Counted from the stretch's first letter, positions 1 through 14,700 are shown. The stretch: DNA of 64,000 bases from Vicugna vicugna (GCA_013265495.1 MU058065.1:4195003-4259002); one strand, 5' to 3'. Translations and numbers: made by a program. The notes: a model not told the origin generated them from the sequence alone.

Positions 1-1422
1 CGCTTTTGTTCCTCTAAAAGGCTAGTGTGATTTAGGGCGTTCCGACAGCATCGCAAGTACATTGTGATTGCCAGCTTTTTATCAGTTCTCTTCTGGAAGA
101 AGGCAGTGGAAATATTGTACGTAGATCCTGGGAAACACATTGGTACCACTGGTGTCTCTGAGTTACGAGGAGCGGAGAAGATGCAGAGTGGCTTCTGCAC
201 CCCTGGAGAATCTGGTTTACGATTCAATCAGTATTTTTACGTTCAGCCCTCCTGTCCCCTTTCCGCTATCCTCAGATACATCACTACTTCGCGTTCTCAA
301 CAGAATTAAGACTAGGAATGGACCGTTTGAAGCCTCAGCTATATAAGGTGACGTCGTTCTCTTTGGTGGAGATTAGCCTCTGGGAGATGATCTGAGCACA
401 AGCTTGGCTCCCACAGATTTTGTGGGGAGGCTTCTCTGACTCTCTGTATACCTAAGAATTCAAGCCAAGGGATTATATCAACCCCTACCAAGCCAGAGGC
501 ACAAATAAAGGATGGAAGAGAGGCTAAAAATCCTCCGAAAGAAGAAAACGTTACACAAGGGAAGGCAAAAAAGCCAAAGTTTTATTTAAAATGTAGGTGT
601 AATTCTTTTAGATCTGGGAAAAAGGTGGACAGAGAATTCTTCTCACACAACGAGTTTTCTTCTGCCACTGCGTGCAGTCCTGCCCGGAGGTTTGCTGAAT
701 AGGACAAAATTCCGGCTCCTTATTTTAATTTTCGTGAAGGGTAATGCTGGGAAGCTGTTCAAAATTAAAAATAAATCTTTCAATAAGGAGACCTCCTAGG
801 TGGCCAGCCAGAGAGCTTCCTCTTAGCAGAGAGCTGGGTGTGTGTACAGCACTGCCTCGTTACCCTACTGTGATTTGGCGTGCTCTAATTCAAAATCATT
901 GGGATGGTTTATCTTTGATTAACAAACCCTTTCTTCATAGCAGTGCAAATTAATAACGTAGGCCAAAATTCTGGGTGAACGGAGCAACCGTAAACTCCAT
1001 CAAAACTCCCCTAAGCACATTTACAGACACACAATTACGTTCTAATTGCTGTCCTTCCGATCATTTCATTACGTTCAATTCCTTAAGGACCTCTATCGGC
1101 AATGATGTCTCGCTCTACAAGGAATACATAGAATAAATGAATGTTAGCTTTTACCACCTGGAGGCCACAAAGGTTCGTAGCTCTGCAGTTTTGTTCTGTT
1201 TTCACAGGGTTCTTCTCTCACCAGGAATACATTTTTATAACACATGAACACAAAACCTAGAATACCTGGTTTTCTTATCACCACCCCTGGGGCTGTCACA
1301 GTTGAACAGCTCTGTGAAGGTGCAGTGATGCACCCAAGCTCTTGTTGGAGCCCCCCTCGAAGTCGGGGAGAGCCCCGCTCCCGAGAGATGACAGCTACTT
1401 TCTTTTAAAACTATTAGATGCA

Positions 1423-1589
1423 GGGACGGTATAGCTCGGTGGTGCTGAGTATAGCTGAGTGCGTGCTCAGCATGTATGAGGTCCTGGGTTCACTCCCCAG
1501 TATCGCCATTAAAAATATTAATTTAAATAAATAAATAAATAAATAAATAAACCTAATTACTGCCCTCCCCCCCAAAATAAAATAAAATA
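1423..1589 (+). mobile_element. tRNA-derived SINE (vic-1-like)
   Basis: GTATAGCTC A-box, GGTTCACTCCCCAG B-box-like, (TAAA)n, CCTAATTAC, C-run, A-tail; internal GTATAGCT duplication. Confidence 0.8.
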
Positions 1590-3174
1590 GGTAATTAATA
1601 GCATCTGCGTCTCCCACGTGGCAGCTCCCCATGTGTGAGACCGGACTCTGAGTATCTGAGCGTGGAGATGGGGGTCTAACTGAGCTTTGATCATGCAGTT
1701 GTGGAATGTGGTATGAATGGGCCAGGGTTCTCACATGTTATTTAAACCATTCTCACCTACGTCCTACAACTGGTGTCTTAGGGGGTTAATAACACCCTTT
1801 TCCTCCCCTCCTGAGTTCAAACCCACTTGACACAGAAGACAAGACAAAGGGGGTCTCGGCTTTATTGCCGACCAGCTGATGAAAGGATGTGTGCTTTGTA
1901 CCTGTGACCAAAAGGGCTGGCTCTGGTGACGCTCGCCGGGTGCCACCCGGAGACAGTGCAGCCCGGCTGGCTGACTGCAGGCTCCCTGCCAGGATAAAGC
2001 CCGCGCTTTCCAGGCTGCCCAAGTGGATGCTCTGTGCAGGGAGGCAGGTCCGAGGGAGCCGCGAGGGTGGGGCTCGTCTGGATGTAGGATCTCTCCTCAT
2101 CTCTCTTCCTAAGTCACCCCACCCCCACCCCATGCCAGGAGCATGAAGGAGAGGTGAGAGAAGAGGGTGAGAGTGGGGGGAGCTTGCTCCAGCTGAAGTG
2201 TCCTGGTGGGAAGACATCAGACAAGGAAAACAATGTTCTCCCTACACTTAACGTTCCCCCGTTACAATCCCGAAGGGACAAAATGAGATTCTCTTGAAAA
2301 CTCTGATTTTCCTGCCTCCGTCTTCCATCCTCCAGCAACAGTTCTATCTTTTGTTTAGGCAGAGATGGTTTTGATTCTTATGAAAAAAGAATAAGCAGAC
2401 TGCTGGGTGATTTGCTTTCGAGATGACTTTCCTTCAGTTTACTTTTACTTAAGTGGACCATCTCGGGGAAGTGAATACAGGATGTGTCACAAGGAGAGAG
2501 AAATGCTGTATAAATGAAACAAGGTTTTCCTGACCAAGCAACAGAACGGTGACTATTTTTTGCTAAAAATACCGGGATGTCAGCCAGCAGTAGATCTTAA
2601 TTTCACCAAAACAGTTTTTACTCTGCACCCCGTAAACCTCCATACCAGTCGCCCAGCTCTGGGGCTGGACCATAGTCTGAGTTGTTTCGTTTGTTTCAAA
2701 TCACGATGAGCCCCCGTAGGTGGTATTCACTCCTAACCCCAAATTGCACCCTGGACAACTGTTAACACTTTTGAGTTTTATTTCGCATGTGATGTTGTTC
2801 TAGGTACTTTACAACGAAATACGTCTGGTCATCAGTCTCTCTTTAGCACAGTTACAGTATCCCAGAGACAAAATGTCTTTAACACTCTGGGTTTGGACGA
2901 GTTCAGCTATTCAGTGGACTACATAATTATTTGAACCTAGCTAATCTCTAAGATCTTTTCTAATTCTAAACTTCTTTGATTCCGAGCATATCGCCGTGAG
3001 CAATGGTTGTGAAGAAGCAGAGCTTAATTTCCATATGATGTTCAGAAACTGGCTCCTAGGGAAAGTCCAAGAGTGGGAAAACATTCCAAAGATGTTTGGG
3101 CAGAATTATCAGAATGCATCTGAATTCTGCCCCCCTCCCCCATCCCACCCAGCTGTACCTCTAGTATAGATGCC

Positions 3175-3372
3175 CCACACTCCTCCCCAGACCTTTGGCA
3201 GTGTCCGAAGATATTTTGGGTTGTCAAAACTGGGAGGAAGGGGGGTGCCGTTGCATTTAGTTGGTGAAGTCCAGGAATACTGCTCAACATCCTATAACGC
3301 ACAGGACAGCCTCCCATAACAAAGACCTATCTGGTCTGAAATGTCCTTCCTGCCACAATCGAGAAACTCTGC
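3175..3372. mobile_element. MER20-like hAT DNA transposon
   Basis: Recalled consensus segments: ttttgggttgtca, gctcaacatcctataacgcacaggacagc, gagaaactctg terminus. Confidence 0.7.
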
Positions 3373-4064
3373 TCTAATGATGTGTTTGAAAAACAGATTT
3401 TGTGACTTCAGAGCAATGCCCGGCTTCTCAGAGTTCCACCGCTGACCTATCTTTGCTTGGTTCCACCACTCTGTTCTGGGAACACTGGGCTCCCAGCTCT
3501 GTTCTCAGAGGATAGCAGTTATAAAAGGCCCCTGGGGCCTCCTGTGAGGAATCCCAGTTGCTTTGTCATCAGATGAACTGGTGCTGCTGGTCACCCTGGC
3601 CTTGTTCCCTAAGATGGACAATTAAGAAAGCTGCAAGAAAACCCCACACCGACAATGAAGTGGCAGGAACCAGGCTATGACGCCACTGTGCAGCGCGGAG
3701 TAAATATTCAACACCTGTCTGTTGATGCTCACACTTATTTACAGTACAAACAGTGAACTCTTTTTGTCAAGTAGTGATAAAGTTAATAAAATCAAAATAA
3801 TGAGTAGAGAAAAGAAAATAACTAAGTACAAGAGGCATCCTGTCTTTTATTTCTCAACTGGTAAGTCCTCATTCTCTCCTTCTTGGCCGTCTTTTAATTA
3901 GACACATTATGCTGTTTGAGCGGGATAATGGAGAACAGTGGGGATTCTCATCCCCACTGGGTCTAATTGCTACCTGTCTCCTAGATAGTAAGAGGATGGC
4001 TTCAGGGAGATGGTGGAAGAAAGGGAAGCATTTTAGGGCAATTGTGTTAGTTAGTGTGCCCTAG

Positions 4065-4220
4065 GCGTGGTGGCGCCGGGTTTGGTGGGTCTGAAGCTTA
4101 GACAATGTTTGTGTGGTTTCAGAAAAAACCTACAAAATTACAAATATCAAATGAAGAATGGAGCTTTGGAAAGGGCCCATGCAAACTTCTTTAGCTTCAG
4201 TGTATAAAATTCTGCCTCCG
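4065..4220. mobile_element. MER53-like DNA element
   Basis: gggtctgaagcttagacaat...tacaaaattacaaat...ggaaagggccc...ttagcttca resembles the recalled consensus. Confidence 0.55.
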
Positions 4221-4635
4221 ACTAGATTATTTACATGCGGTTGTTAGGTAAGGGGACTGTTGTGTAATTATGCCTCAACGTGCAAAGAAATAGGAAGAAA
4301 GTCCAGAAAGCAGGAAGTCCACTTTGGCCTGATAGGAAAGGCGATGAAGTTCAAAGTCATTCTGGAGTGGTTCTGGCCTGTAGTTAAGGGTGAGGGACAG
4401 CATTGGATGGGCCTGAAATGTGGTTCAAGAGCAAATTAATAAGCAGAAAGCACAGTCCTGGTGATTGCGAGAATGGGAACGGATTGCTAAACCCAAATGA
4501 GATATGAAGGACCCGGCATTTCTGTAACTTGAAATGGAAGGGCGGATGGGGAAATACCCGTTGATGTGTTAGAGGCACAGATACTTGGCTTTTGTTGGTG
4601 CTTTTGAGAAGAGGGTGGCAAACCAGGGCCCAAAT

Positions 4636-4760
4636 CTTTGTTTGTTTTTTTGTTTGCAGGATTTTGTTTATTTGTTTGTTTGTTTTGTTTTTGTCTTTGG
4701 GTTTTTCTGGTTTGGTTTGGTTTTGGTTTTGGTTTTCTGTTTTGTTTTGTTTTTTTTTTT
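4636..4760. repeat. (GTTT/GGTTT)n low-complexity tract, degenerate L1 poly(A) tail on the minus strand
   Basis: Directly visible; abuts the L1 3' end. Confidence 0.8.
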
Positions 4761-5583
4761 AATTGAGGTATCATTGATTTACAATGTTGTGTTAAATTTC
4801 TGGTGTACAGCATAGTGACTCATTTATACATACAGATACTCCTTTTCATATTCTTTTTCACTATAGGCTATTACAAGGTGCTGAATATATTTCCCTGTGC
4901 TATACAGTAGGACCTTGTTTTTTATCTATTTTACATATAGTAGTTAGAATCTACAATTCTTAAACTCCCAGTTTATCCCTCGCTACCCCTTTCTCCCTGA
5001 TAACCAAAAGTTTGTTTTCTATGTTGAATCTGTTTATTTGTCTCATTTTTGGTCTCATATGTCTCATATGATATTTGTTTTCTCTGTCTAACTTACTTCA
5101 CTAAGTATGATCATCTCTAGGTCCATCCATGTTGCTGCAAATGGAATTATTTTATTATTTTTTATGGCTGAGTAGTATTCCATTATATAAATATACCACA
5201 ACTTCTTTATCCAGTTATCTGTTGATGGACATTTAGGTTGTTTCCATGTCTTGGCTATTGTAAATAGTGCTGCTGTGAACATTGGGGTGCATGTATCTTT
5301 TCGAATTAGTTTTCTTCAGATTGAGATTGCTGGATCACAGGGGAAGTCTGTTTTCAGTTTTTGGAGGAATCTCCATACTGTTTTCCACAGTGGCTACATC
5401 AAACTACATTCCCACCAACAGTGTAGGAGGGTTCCCCTTTCTCCACACCCTCTCCAGCATTTATCATTTGTGAACTTTTTAATGATGGCCATTCTGACAG
5501 GTGTGAGGTGATACTTCATTGTAGTTTTGATTTGCATTTCTCTGTTAATTAGTGATATTGAGCATCTTTTCATGTGCCTATTG
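4748..5583 (-). mobile_element. 5'-truncated LINE-1 (ORF2 C-terminus and 3'UTR)
   Basis: ORF fragments [20 protein letters not shown] and [33 protein letters not shown] are L1 ORF2 C-terminal motifs; frame is disrupted. Confidence 0.92.
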
Positions 5584-5584
5584 C

Positions 5585-5886
5585 AGGGCCCAAAACTTGA
5601 TTCTCCACCTTGTGTGAGCCAACCCACTAAGAATGTGTTTTTCCATTTCCAAAGGGCTGAAGATAATCAAAAAATAATATTTTGCAAAGTTTGGCAATTA
5701 CATAAAATTCAAATTTCAGTGTCCGTGAAGAAGTTTTACTGGAATATGGGTCTACTCATTTGTGTGTGTGTTGTCTAAGGCTACTTTCCGGGAACCACAG
5801 CAGAGCTGAGTTGGTCAGACAGTCGTCTGCAGAGTGAACATACTCACCATCTAGGTCTCTACAGAGCAAGGTTGCCAATCCCTGCT
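5585..5886. mobile_element. MER58-like hAT-Charlie element
   Basis: aagttttactggaa...tctaaggctacttt...ggttgccaatccctg terminus. Confidence 0.6.
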
Positions 5887-8307
5887 CTGGGGTACTAAAT
5901 CAAAAGAGGACCAGTCAGTGAGGAGGTTGAGAAGATGCTGAAATGCTCATGTCATTTGTCAGAGACTGCTCTGGCCAAAAGACTGGGTGGATTGACATTT
6001 AGGTTAATTTCACATCGGAAACAATTTTGACATTTAGCAAGACAACTTTTTTCCTAGAGGTTTTGACTCTATGAACAAGATTTCAAGAAAAAAATCATTA
6101 GGATTTCCAACATGCTTTTGCTTTCTTGTACCACAAATCTTCATCCAGTCACTCTCAGGTCTAAATATATAACATGGAATGTGCTGACTGTTCTGCTAAG
6201 GCGGTGTTTTGATTCTCTTGAAAACATGCATTCTTAGCATTGTTTTATGATTCCTAGATGCCGGCAGCTTTTTTTTTTTAATAATCATCTGTGCTGCTTT
6301 TTAACGTCACTCCCTCCCCATGATGATTTCTCATTTGCCTTTGATCTCAAGTAAATTATAGTTTTCTTTTTCCTTACTCCTAAGAAATTTAAAGGAAAAG
6401 CACATGATGTAACTAGTGAAGTCTATAAGGCAAAAATTTTTCTCAAGACACATTTTAAAAAACTTTTGAATAAACTGTAAAGCGATTCCATTGAGAGATG
6501 TTACTGGAAAGCTACTAGTGCATCCTTAGCAGTTGGTATGTAATTGTTAGGACCTCTAAGACAGAAGCAGCTGGTTGGAGGGTCCTTTCTTGGCTGGGTC
6601 ATCATGGGCCGAAACAAGGCTCCAGAGAAGTCGGGCTGTGGTTTTCTCATTAACAGCTCTGATCTAGTCGTGGGCTCCTGATTTAGTTCTAATGCCTAGG
6701 AAATGTACATTTTTAAAACATGCAGTACAGTTTTTTTTTAAAGGGAACAGTCTCTCAATTCTATATTTATACAGAAAATAATTTCCTATCCTATATTGTT
6801 GCCACCCCTGTAATTATTAATTATGTTCACTAATTATGATCATAATTAGGAATCAAATAAACTGGTAGGTATACTAGTGGGACAGCTTCTTGTGCGTGGC
6901 ACCACCAGGGTCCATGAATTGGTATACAGAGTGGATGGCACAAGTTCTGGTGAAAAGAAAAAGATGAAAGCTTCCCCAAAGCACCTACTTTTGGAATTAA
7001 AATCACCCAGCTTCAAGGTTGACTGAACAGCACAGACAAATAGTGTGTCTGCAAAGCCTAGTGCTAATCATTGCATGTAAGGAAAAACTGGATTGCACTT
7101 TTTTAAGAGGTGAATATTTCACTCTAAGAAAGTGGAGGTTTTATTTGCACACCCAGGACTGAGAGCACTATTTTTCCTGATGCATTCCCCTTCGGTCCTC
7201 TACAAGTATACTCACACGTTCATTTGTGAGGAGGGAAATCCGCTCACCAGCATTCACCTTAAACACTTGACAGTCTTAGCCCTGATTTGTGCTCATTCTT
7301 TCAAAAACTATGGGCACCTCTCACACCCTATGGAGAAACCATCGAGAGATCTGAAAAATAAGTGCCCGGCTGAGATGAGTAATGAGCAGTGCAGGGCTAG
7401 CGAAGATTCTTGACGGGCTTCTAGATTGTCCAGTTGTCGCTCGAGCTGGCAGAATGAATGCCTGTCTCCTCCGAGGAGCCTGTAGAGACTCTCCAGGGTC
7501 CAGTTTTAAACTAAGCGTCAATAAAAAGATGCAGAGAAACTTATCAAAGCTCTCATTAACCCCATACTGATGTCTTTAAAGAGTCTTTCTTGAAACACCA
7601 GGAAAACCAAGAGCCGTGCTGCAGGACTAGTCCTGCCCTGAGAGCTTGTAAATCTGCAGGGCTAATTAAGATGCTGGTCTCTGTCACCTCGCTGTACAGA
7701 ACCTTCTCTGAAACTCAGCATTCGGGTGCTGTTTTCATGCAGGTATACAGTAGGAGGGCATGCCGTGTGTTGTCTTCAGGTAAAGTCTCAAGGGGATTCT
7801 TTTTAGGATTTACACTTTGATCTGTCAGGATAAGCACACCTTACTAAGCTCTATCCATGAGTATTAAAAAGAAACTCTCTCTTTCTTTTTAAGTGTGTCT
7901 TACCCTACTATCCTCTTTCACCCCCAACACACACACATGCTTCTTCCTCCTTCGCTGTGCCAGAAGGATGAAATAATTTCCATAGGTTGCCCCTGAACTA
8001 CAGGAATAGAACAAGAGAGATGATGCCAGGCATCACTTGCCTAGCGAACATCATGGTGGCTCTCTTCGGGAATCTCACAAATGATTTGGTCCCACACGTA
8101 AAGGTCGGTACCCACAGTGCTGTGGGGATCTGGCTGAACGGTCAGCAGAATGGTGGACACAAGTCTAAAGAAACAGCTCTTACATTCAGTACCTTCTTTC
8201 CCTATTCTGATAGGTTGATCAGCCTGCCCTCAAGGAACTCTGTTGTGGCTCTCCTGTGTTTCATGTGCTTTATGATAAAGCACAAGGGCTCTCTTCTGAA
8301 ATGTAAT

Positions 8308-8457
8308 CTGTATTCAATGTCTTGTAGTAACCTATAATGAAAAAGAATATGGAAAAGAATATATGTATGTATATGCATGACTGAAACGTTGTGCTGTACA
8401 CCAGAAATGGACACATTATAACTAACTATACTTCAATTTTAAAAAATTTTAAAAAAA
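8308..8457 (+). mobile_element. Short L1 3'-end fragment
   Basis: gtaacctataatgaaaaagaata...tgctgtacaccagaaa...tatacttcaa plus A tail; homologous to the 3' ends of the L1s at 4750 and 20800. Confidence 0.85.
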
Positions 8458-8663
8458 CTATCTAAAATAGCTTATGGGTGTAATGACAGGGATCTGCTAT
8501 CACTCTTGGAAGGGGAGGAGAGAGAGAGAAGAGGATGGGTGGGCCACTCCTCTTTACCTGGCATCTTCCAATTGATAATCTGGTTACATGGAGTTCTCAG
8601 ATAGTTTGGTCAAAAAAACCTCTTGAATGAAGGCTGTGGGTAGATGATTTTTAAAAATTTCTT

Positions 8664-8786
8664 GAGGGAAAAGGCATAACTCAGTGGTAGAACGCATGCA
8701 TGAGGTCCTGGGTTCAATCCCCAGTAACACCATTTAAACAAACAAACAAACAAACGAATAGATCAACCAACCAACCCCCCCCCAAA
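8664..8786 (+). mobile_element. tRNA-derived SINE (vic-1-like)
   Basis: ataactcagtggtaga...gtcctgggttcaatccccagt, (AAAC)n, C-run. Confidence 0.85.
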
Positions 8787-9371
8787 TTTTTTTTTTCTTA
8801 TCTTGGAACCTTTTGTTGGTGACGTGTGCCTACAAACAAGATGTAAATACGTAACATCAGTTTCGACCTGCATGCTGACTAGGGAGCTGCCACCAACAGG
8901 TCTGCTGTGTGTGTAACAGGCTTGGGTAAGAATAAGCACTGGACGGAGCAGGCTCCCAATGGCTCCCTGCAGAGTCGGTGTTGTCTAGATAAGGTATTGC
9001 AAGCTATCAATCTGCCTCCTGTATCAACCCCTCCCTTTTTTAGCATAATGAAGTGTGTACTTTGAGCATAATAGCGTGAAGGTGGATGAGAGCGCAGACT
9101 CCTGCATGTCCCTTTCTCAAAGCCAGGGGCACACATAGAAACAGGCCAGGGGTTTTGAATACGCACCTAGCTAAAGCTTCATCCAGTGCTCCTTCCACTC
9201 CAAGATAATCAAGGCCTTTTTTTTTTAAATCTGAAAATTGCAGATGATCCTAAGAGTTGCAGTTAGAGCCCTTGCTTGCATGGAAGCCCACTGAACCTCA
9301 TCCTGACCCTAAAAGGCTTCAAGAGAATGAGATTTTAGGAAACTTTCTAAGAAGATGCTTTTTTCTTTTTG

Positions 9372-9577
9372 AGTCAACAAAAGTGTCCCAGGTACATGTA
9401 GATAAAAGTCAGCTGTGTTTCTCTACATTAGCAGTGAACAATAAGACAAAGAAATTAAGAAAAAAATTCAATTTACAATAGCACCCAAAACAGTAAAATA
9501 TCTATGAATTAATTATTCAAGGAAGTGAAAGACTGGTACACTGAAAACAACAAAACACTGCTGCAGGAGGTTAAAGA
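9372..9577 (+). mobile_element. Old L1 ORF2 internal fragment
   Basis: aaagtcagctgtgtttctctac...atttacaatagca...aaggaagtgaaagac...acaaaacactgctg is typical of L1 ORF2. Confidence 0.75.
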
Positions 9578-12500
9578 ATGCTCTTGGAGGCTTGGGAGTT
9601 CTTGGTGCCAACAGCATCTCATTCCTCCCCATTTAAAATAGGGGTAGGGTTGTCATTACAGTATGTAATCAGGATTTTTGTTTGTTTTCCACAGAAAGCC
9701 AGTAGGACAGACACAGCAGAATCTTGTCCTGGGAAAATTACGAGTGTCTTCTTATATCTAGAACAGTGGTCATAGGATTTTAAAAGCCTAAGTTGTTCTC
9801 ACAGCCCTCCTGGTAGACACTAATGCCGACCAGTCGACTAATGAAGATGTGGCTCTAAGAGGCTGGTAATATACTTGAGGAATCTTGCTATAATGTAAGA
9901 ATGTATCGTTTGGGGAGAATGAAACTTGAGAAGCATCTCACTGTGAACTCTTCAAGAGTATAACCTTAACTGTATACGTTCTTTGCGCAATGACTTTCAC
10001 TCTTTCGACCTCCTCTTCCCTTCCTGTTCTAGTACACACACCAAATAACTTCCATACAACTGCCCTGCTCCAGCACCTTTTTTAGAGACGATGCTGTGGG
10101 ACTGTTTCTAGGTGAGACGTTGTCCTAATGAGGTCCTTCCCATATTTACAGACTGACTCTTGGGTGGAGCTTGTAAATACTGAATTTTACACTTCGGCGA
10201 CTTGTATAAGAAAGGTCCCAGTGAGAGGCTGTGAACCTTCTAGTTTAAAAATTGAGGTCCTAAAACAGTTATAACTTTCCTAATACATCCTTTGTTATTC
10301 TCTGTGACTAGAAAAGTCATCTTGAATTGTCAAGCACAGATAGGAGACATCTATTGGCCTTAATAACATTTTAAAATTTAACGTCTCAGTTGTCTCAGCC
10401 TTGATCTTATAACGCCTCTAGGAGTTTAAACTATCTGGCACATACAATGTAGTTTCTGGCTGATACTCCCAAATAAAAAAAAATTAATTCTATGGTTGCA
10501 AATTCCCAAGCTTAAAATCCCTTCTCATAAATTATGGTCCTTTTTCTAACCTCCATCATAGCTTTGAAAAGAATTGCCAGAAAGATAGAGTTTCACTTAT
10601 GAGGCCTGCAAGAGTATCATCTCGTGGCTGCAGTATTTGAGAGCTTAGCATGTGGTGACCATTTGTATATGAAGCGTTTTCAAAATGTGCTGATTGTAAT
10701 TTAACCCCAAGGTCTCTGTATCTCTTCTCTCCCCTTACCAGTCTCTTCTTTGTGCTTGTGTATCTAGCTAGCAAGAAACCGGGTGAGAAAGCTTTGGTGC
10801 CAATAAAGCAGAGGCTTCCTTAGGTGGTACTAAACCCCAGCTCCTTGGCATTCTGTGCCTCCTGGAAATTGTCCCCTGAATGTTTTGATTCTCTGTGTTC
10901 AAAACATTCCCAGACTTCCATACAGTGAAACCAAACTGAAAACATGATGGAGAGGCTCAGTACTTTACCCAATTCGCTGTCTTCTTGCCTCTCTCTCTTT
11001 CTCTCTCTCCCCTTCTCTCTCTCGCCACTTGTAACATTTCTGCCATAGCACCCATGATCATCACTTCTCAGTGCTGAGCCATTGTTCTTAAAGCCAAGCA
11101 ACATTTGGACTTGGAAAAACTCCGAGTAGCATACAGCACGTAGATTTGCAACCAGAATTGTACTGAAATGTTTCCTCTGCCTGGCTCCCCCTCACAGTGA
11201 TAATCTGTAGCCTGTAATTTCATGCTCCACTTTATTCTTTGTCAGATATTTTTCATTTCTTTTTTTTTTCCTCTTTTCTGCCTGTGTGTTTCAAAATGCA
11301 ATAATAATAGAAAGTTGAGTTACTGAAAAGTAGTTTGAAAGATAAAAATGACAATAGCTGGTGAAAATGCTTCCCCCTTATGGAGCTTATAACCTCAATT
11401 TAGGGTCACCATGACTTTTTTTTTTTTAAGCAGCTTATGTGGTCTTTTAAAATAACCATTACAAAAAATAGGTATCCTGTTCCAACTGTATATGTGATGG
11501 GGGATTGGATGGCTCAGGAGATGACTAATGGGACTCTGGACCTTTCTGTCTTTAGGTCACCTTCTTGTATCTGGACTCCATCATAAATGGCCCAAGGCCT
11601 GACCATCTGGCAGCCATCGAGTGACTATGGTAATGGAATTGGTCTCAGTCCAGGGCTTAGTCGACAGGTGTTCACATCATAAGTGACACTAATTGACTTC
11701 CTATCTTTCAACTTGGAAGATGGGGGACCGTCATTGAGATGGTGATGGGGAAGGAGTTATTCATGATATACTCGGGGTCCACTGAAAGCCAGGGAACTCA
11801 GTGCCTTGGGCTGGCAGCAGCCTGGCACCTTGCAGATACTGCACTTGTCTCTTATGGGTTCCATTAACCTCAGACATAAAAAAGTAGGAATCTCATTTTG
11901 AAAGATTTGCAATAACTCCGAATGGTAATGTTGCTTTTCTGAGGTTACGTGAGCTTCATGTGTTGAGGATTTTTCTCTTCGTTTTGCATCCTAGTAATTA
12001 GATGCCTCCTATGAAAATTATATATAAGGAAGAAAAAAGGAAATTGGATTCTTGGCCTCTATGAGAATACCAGTCAGGCTATCTGCTTTTGTTTTTTAAT
12101 TTTTTCTTTGTTTGCTTTCGGGTTGGTTACCAGGTTCCTTACTCATAGCAAATGGCATGGACATTATCCCTGATGGACAATTTATCAAGGCTCTCTTCAA
12201 ACTGGTTTCCCTTGTGAAATGGAAACCAGTGTGAAAAAGTGACTTTGAGACTTTTATTAACACAAATCTCAAAGCAGAATTTAAGGGGCTTCATCTAACA
12301 TGTGCCCTTTTCTGTTGTTCCAGGTATCAAAATCATAATTTACTCACTCTCACTGGGGCCATGACCTGAAGGTGATTTGGCCTGACTTGGAGAAGATTGT
12401 TAGTATTATAGTATTAGTATTATTAATATTTTGTCCCTGAAGTTTCCTAGGTTTATTTAACACCTTTTTTTTTTAACTACACAGATGATTTGAGTGTCCT

Positions 12501-13987
12501 TGTAGCAAGTGGCAAAGCCACACTCCTGAATTAGTTATCACACTTAAAAAGTCAAGATGACAACAGCCTCAGCGGATCTATTTATTGAAGCAGACAGGCT
12601 CTTTTAGCAGAATGATCAATGTCTTACCTCTTTCTGAAAGGCTTTTCAGGCATAGGACATCGGCAAGCATCTGATATAGAGTAATGAACAAGGCGTTTTA
12701 TTGGTCAGTTTCTGGAGTAGGCTTTTAAGCATATCTGGCTGTAAATGTAGAAACCTGAGGGTGAAAGTAAAAGGCGGGCTCAAAGATTTACTGGGCGCAT
12801 CTATCATCCTGGCTTTCAGAGTCTTTGTGATTAATACATCTTTAATTGGGGACTGATCTAGATGCCTTGGGTGTCAGAAAGCTAAATGTTACAGCATTGT
12901 TTCATTGGCTCCTAACGCAGCAGGACGATTAGCAGCTGTCTGAGTAACAAAAGAACCTGAAGCCCACAGCACAGCTTTTATGTTCCAGACTTGGAATGCC
13001 TGGAGCTCTCCAGTGGAGCTGACAGCTAAAGGAACAGAAGCCCTGGTTCACAGAAGCTAATCCTTTTCTGCTCTCTATGCTGTATTTCTGCTCAAGAGAA
13101 GAGAACCTTTTCTTTACACCATCCTTCACATTCCAGATTAATTTTGGAGGGCATTGTCACTCACAGAGGGGCTCACAACACCTTGGACCCTTCGTTCACT
13201 CTAAGCAAGACACCTATAAAATCATTCCAAGTAAGAGTTTATACTAGACACTTTCCAGCATACTGAGGCACCAATGAGAAGATTCATCTTCCTAGAGGCA
13301 TTCATGGAAAAAAAAATGTATTTAATTTTTTTTTTCTGTTGTTACCCTGTTCTCTTATCTTAAAACAATTTTCCTGCCCAGGCAAATTCTGATAAATCAC
13401 CTTCCAGTGGAAAGGCTTGTTTTCCTGTTTGCCTCAAACTGGCATTCGTCCTTAGCAGGAAATACACACTGACTCCTGCCATGTTTCTCTTGGCAAATGT
13501 TGGGCTGTCCTTGTCAGAACCTGCCAACAAATTTCTTAGTGAGCAAATAGCAAGTAAAACAAGCAGCTCTCAGACGAAACAAGACACACTTGAACTGCGT
13601 GAGAGATACTTGGGTGCCCCTGAAGTCGTCCCCAGTTAATTCTAGGGGATGTGGCATTAGTTTCAAGTTGAGCCCTCACTGACTTTTAATTCTACAACGA
13701 GCAGTATGGCTATCCATGTAGGAACGCTAATTCAAGATGGTTACTTTGAAAAGTAAAACAGACATTTAAGCAATGCGTTTTCTTTAGAGCAGTGATTACG
13801 GAGTTCAGATATTAAATACAGCAATTAAATGCTTATATACAAGTCCCAGTCTGCAAAAACCTGACTCTTTCAAGGCACCCTCAGATCGTTTTACCCAGAC
13901 GGTTCACCAAAAATTGTGAGTGAGTCTTTCTAATGTTAATTTTAATATTCTAGCATTAATACTCTCAGCTAACATTTTATTTTTTAC

Positions 13988-14130
13988 CCTTTTTATTGTG
14001 AAATGCATACACAGACAGAAAAGTAGGCAGAACTCAAATGTATCGTCAGGGAATTATGGCGAAGTGAACATCTGTGTAACCATCACCAGGATCAAAGTAT
14101 AGAACGTCACCAACCTTCCAGAAGCCTGCC
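13988..14130 (-). mobile_element. Ancient L1M(C/E)-like 3' end fragment
   Basis: ttttattgtgaaat...gtgaacatctgtgtaaccatcaccagg..tagaacgtcacca. Confidence 0.5.
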
Positions 14131-14479
14131 TGCCGTGCACCCCCGGCTTCTTCCCGGACTCCAGATACTAATATTTTATTTTGTAATTGAATTTTTCAGT
14201 TTCAAATGATTCTCTTTTTAGCTCTGTAGGGAGTTCTAATATGAGGTGATTCATTGCCAAAAGCTTTACACTCTTCTATTAACAGGGACCTTGTCTAATT
14301 TATCTCTGGATTTCTGGCAACCAACAATGCGCGTAGATCGCTCTGTACCTAACATCAAGCCGACCTAAGCTTTGCAGCTGTTTTGAAGCTGATTCTGTGG
14401 AAGAGGGGGGCCATTTAACCTTCAAATCTCTAATTTTTTTACTAGTGAAAGGAAGAGAGAGACTAGAAGCTTTGTAGAG

Positions 14480-14700
14480 ATTAGTGGTTGAAAATGTGGG
14501 CTCTAAGACCTGACTTTTGAATTCATCACTTATAAGCTATAACTTGGGGCAAGTTGTTCAAACTCTCTTTACCTCATTTTTCTAATCTATAAAATGGGAA
14601 TAAGAATAGTACCTGTGTCCCAAGGGTATTTTTGAGGATTGTATCAATTAATCCATGCAACAGATTTAAAGCGATGCTTGACACAGAGCAATTCCTCCCA
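14480..14700 (+). mobile_element. MIR SINE
   Basis: MIR core ggcaagtt...cctcatttttctaatctataaaatgggaataa. Confidence 0.75.

Noticed and set aside
5088..5627. ORFs with recognisable protein motifs on the minus strand
   Set aside because: They are broken L1 ORF2 C-terminal remnants, not a functional gene.
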